NCBI GenBank assembly: GCA_973895155.1
Contig: OZ316893.1
Location: 9,735,839-9,799,838, forward strand
Direction: 5' to 3'
From: Marsupella aquatica
Taxonomy: Eukaryota; Plantae; Marchantiophyta
Length of the DNA stretch: 64,000 bases
A program made the translations under genes and the position numbers. Each line of letters starts with the position of its first letter. Positions within the stretch are counted from its first letter, which is position 1. A model generated the notes under the pieces. That model saw nothing but the letters and a program-made list of their open reading frames with translations, made no database searches and had not been told where the DNA came from. Shown here piece after piece: positions 62,264 to 64,000 of this stretch.

Positions 62264-64000
62264 CAGGGCAGGCTGCCAAGGTACATCTTCGTCTCTTCTG
62301 GCTTCCTATCCTTGACGTCCCAGAACATGACTAACATGTACTAAAGCTCTCCTGGATGGCTCACCGAACAGAACTTGAATGGCACCTTGTGCAGGTTTAA
62401 AATCTCTCTTTCAGATTGCCTATTGTTTGTGCGCTTGAATGAATTCATTGACTACTTGTGGCCAAAGCTATCGACACATTGCATCTGACCTCCGCCATGC
62501 ACTGGACCTATGCTTACGTATATAAGAATGTGAACAGTTGCAGGCAAAGAGGAGTTGTGGAGGCTGGCGGTACAGTTCATATCCCCGGATTAGCTCGATC
62601 TACATAATTTATATCTCCTTGCAAATGGAGGTGTCTCTAAATGTACGTTACACAACTGGCTCACTTTCTAAAGTGACAGTCTGTCTAGGCAAGGTGCTTT
62701 GACAGACTGATTATTGACGATGCAGCTGCAAGCTAAGTCACAATTGTGAAAGTTGAATTGACGCCATCTGGGAATGAATGAAAAGAACTGCCACCTGACT
62801 CGTCTGTGAGCTATTTGGGAACGAAACTGTGCTGAAGTTCGAATTGAATGGGACAAATCAAGAATGAATATGTGGCCTGCTAGTTGTTGAGCGTCGTTTA
62901 CTAGCTGCCACCCAACTACGGTAGCCCGACGAGACCAAGGAACTAAACCTCCATATTGTGTAGGCACGAAGAGCTTTCCACAACCCTGTAGTTCTAGGAA
63001 TTCACTTTTGTAAAGTCACGTTCGGCATTGACTGAATTTGAAGCAAGACACAACTTGTTGAATCAGCTACTAAGTTTCTGATTAGACTCGGCGTGATTGA
63101 ATTAAATAGCAGGCAGCTGGATCACCATTATCCGTAAATTCAGTTCAGCTGCATATATTTGTCCTATGTCGTTTGTTAATCTTTCCGATCAGAACAACTC
63201 GGACACTCGGTCAGGGCTATTCGAGAGAGGGAACATCGGAACAACTTGGTTCTCTGAGAGTAGCTTATGAGGTTGATCGAAGTCGAGCTCAATTTTGTAC
63301 GTAACTCATGTCTATTTATGCGCGCAGCCACCTGTTTAAGAGAAACAAGCCAGCTGTTGCGAGCAGCAGCTGGAGGAGACCATACCGAAGCTAACGCACA
63401 CTATTACATTGGGAAGAACGATCCAGGAAAACAAGCGTGTGAAAGATTGTGAAAGATTTGGAACGAACCAAGTCACCAGAATGAGCGTGTGAAAGCTAGT
63501 CCACCTGATAAATTGAAGTTTTAGGCTGCCGATAGAAGCGCTGTTCAGTAGTTCAGTAGCTTGGGCTTGAGCGTGCTCGTTCAGTGTTCTGTACTCGACA
63601 AGTATGCAAATTAACTGAGAGTACTTCTCTTCAAATTTTCTATGACGTTCTGTGGTTGTAGTCAGAGGAGAGGAAGTACTTCGGCAACATTGCCTTTCTT
63701 TCTTTTTTCTTTTTGGACATCACTGTCTACTGAACACTCTTTGCAGTATTGATTGGAAAGCACCTGAAGTTCCAGAGGCAATTTCGTCATTCACTCAGCA
63801 ATCCATCATATGAGCCAGGGGATAGAAACCTCGAGGACAGTACTTTCTTGCCTTTCCAGTTCACATTCTTCCCGAAGTAACTCCTCAGAGGTAATCAGTT
63901 TCGTCTCGGTGTCAGATAACCCTAGTATTTAAATCATATTTCGTATGCGCTTCATTTTTTCTTTCTAACAGGTGTAAAAATTGAGGAGATTTGGGTGACA

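Noticed and set aside
63000-64000. Start of a further gene (possible intron 63891-63971)
   Set aside because: Only splice-like signals; no coding sequence within the window to support a call.

Overview
Eukaryotic, intron-rich land-plant DNA; gene style and TE content suggest a non-seed plant, probably a bryophyte or liverwort (inference). Four host genes are supported: a CUE-domain protein (+, 10736-13455), the meiotic helicase MER3/RCK (-, 15422-25982), chaperonin CCT6/zeta (+, 31356-37389), and an unusual spliced gene (+, 56823-62263). That last gene appears to fuse a ParB/Srx-like N-terminal domain, a long basic disordered linker, and a Ty3/gypsy integrase C-terminus (GPY/F module plus chromodomain) that is split by an intron. 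It is the best candidate for an undescribed system. The rest is a nested TE landscape: a CACTA end inserted in a LINE; a 5.1-kb TIR element (PIF/Harbinger-like) with a decayed Myb/SANT-like gene and an RPA70-C-like OB/zinc cargo but no transposase; a full Copia with LTRs, PBS, PPT and TSD, interrupted by a 1.25-kb TIR element; a related solo LTR; a tRNA-derived SINE; a second LINE; a Tourist-like MITE; and an intronless mitochondrial phosphate carrier pseudogene. All family calls come from motif recognition by eye; no database searches were run.
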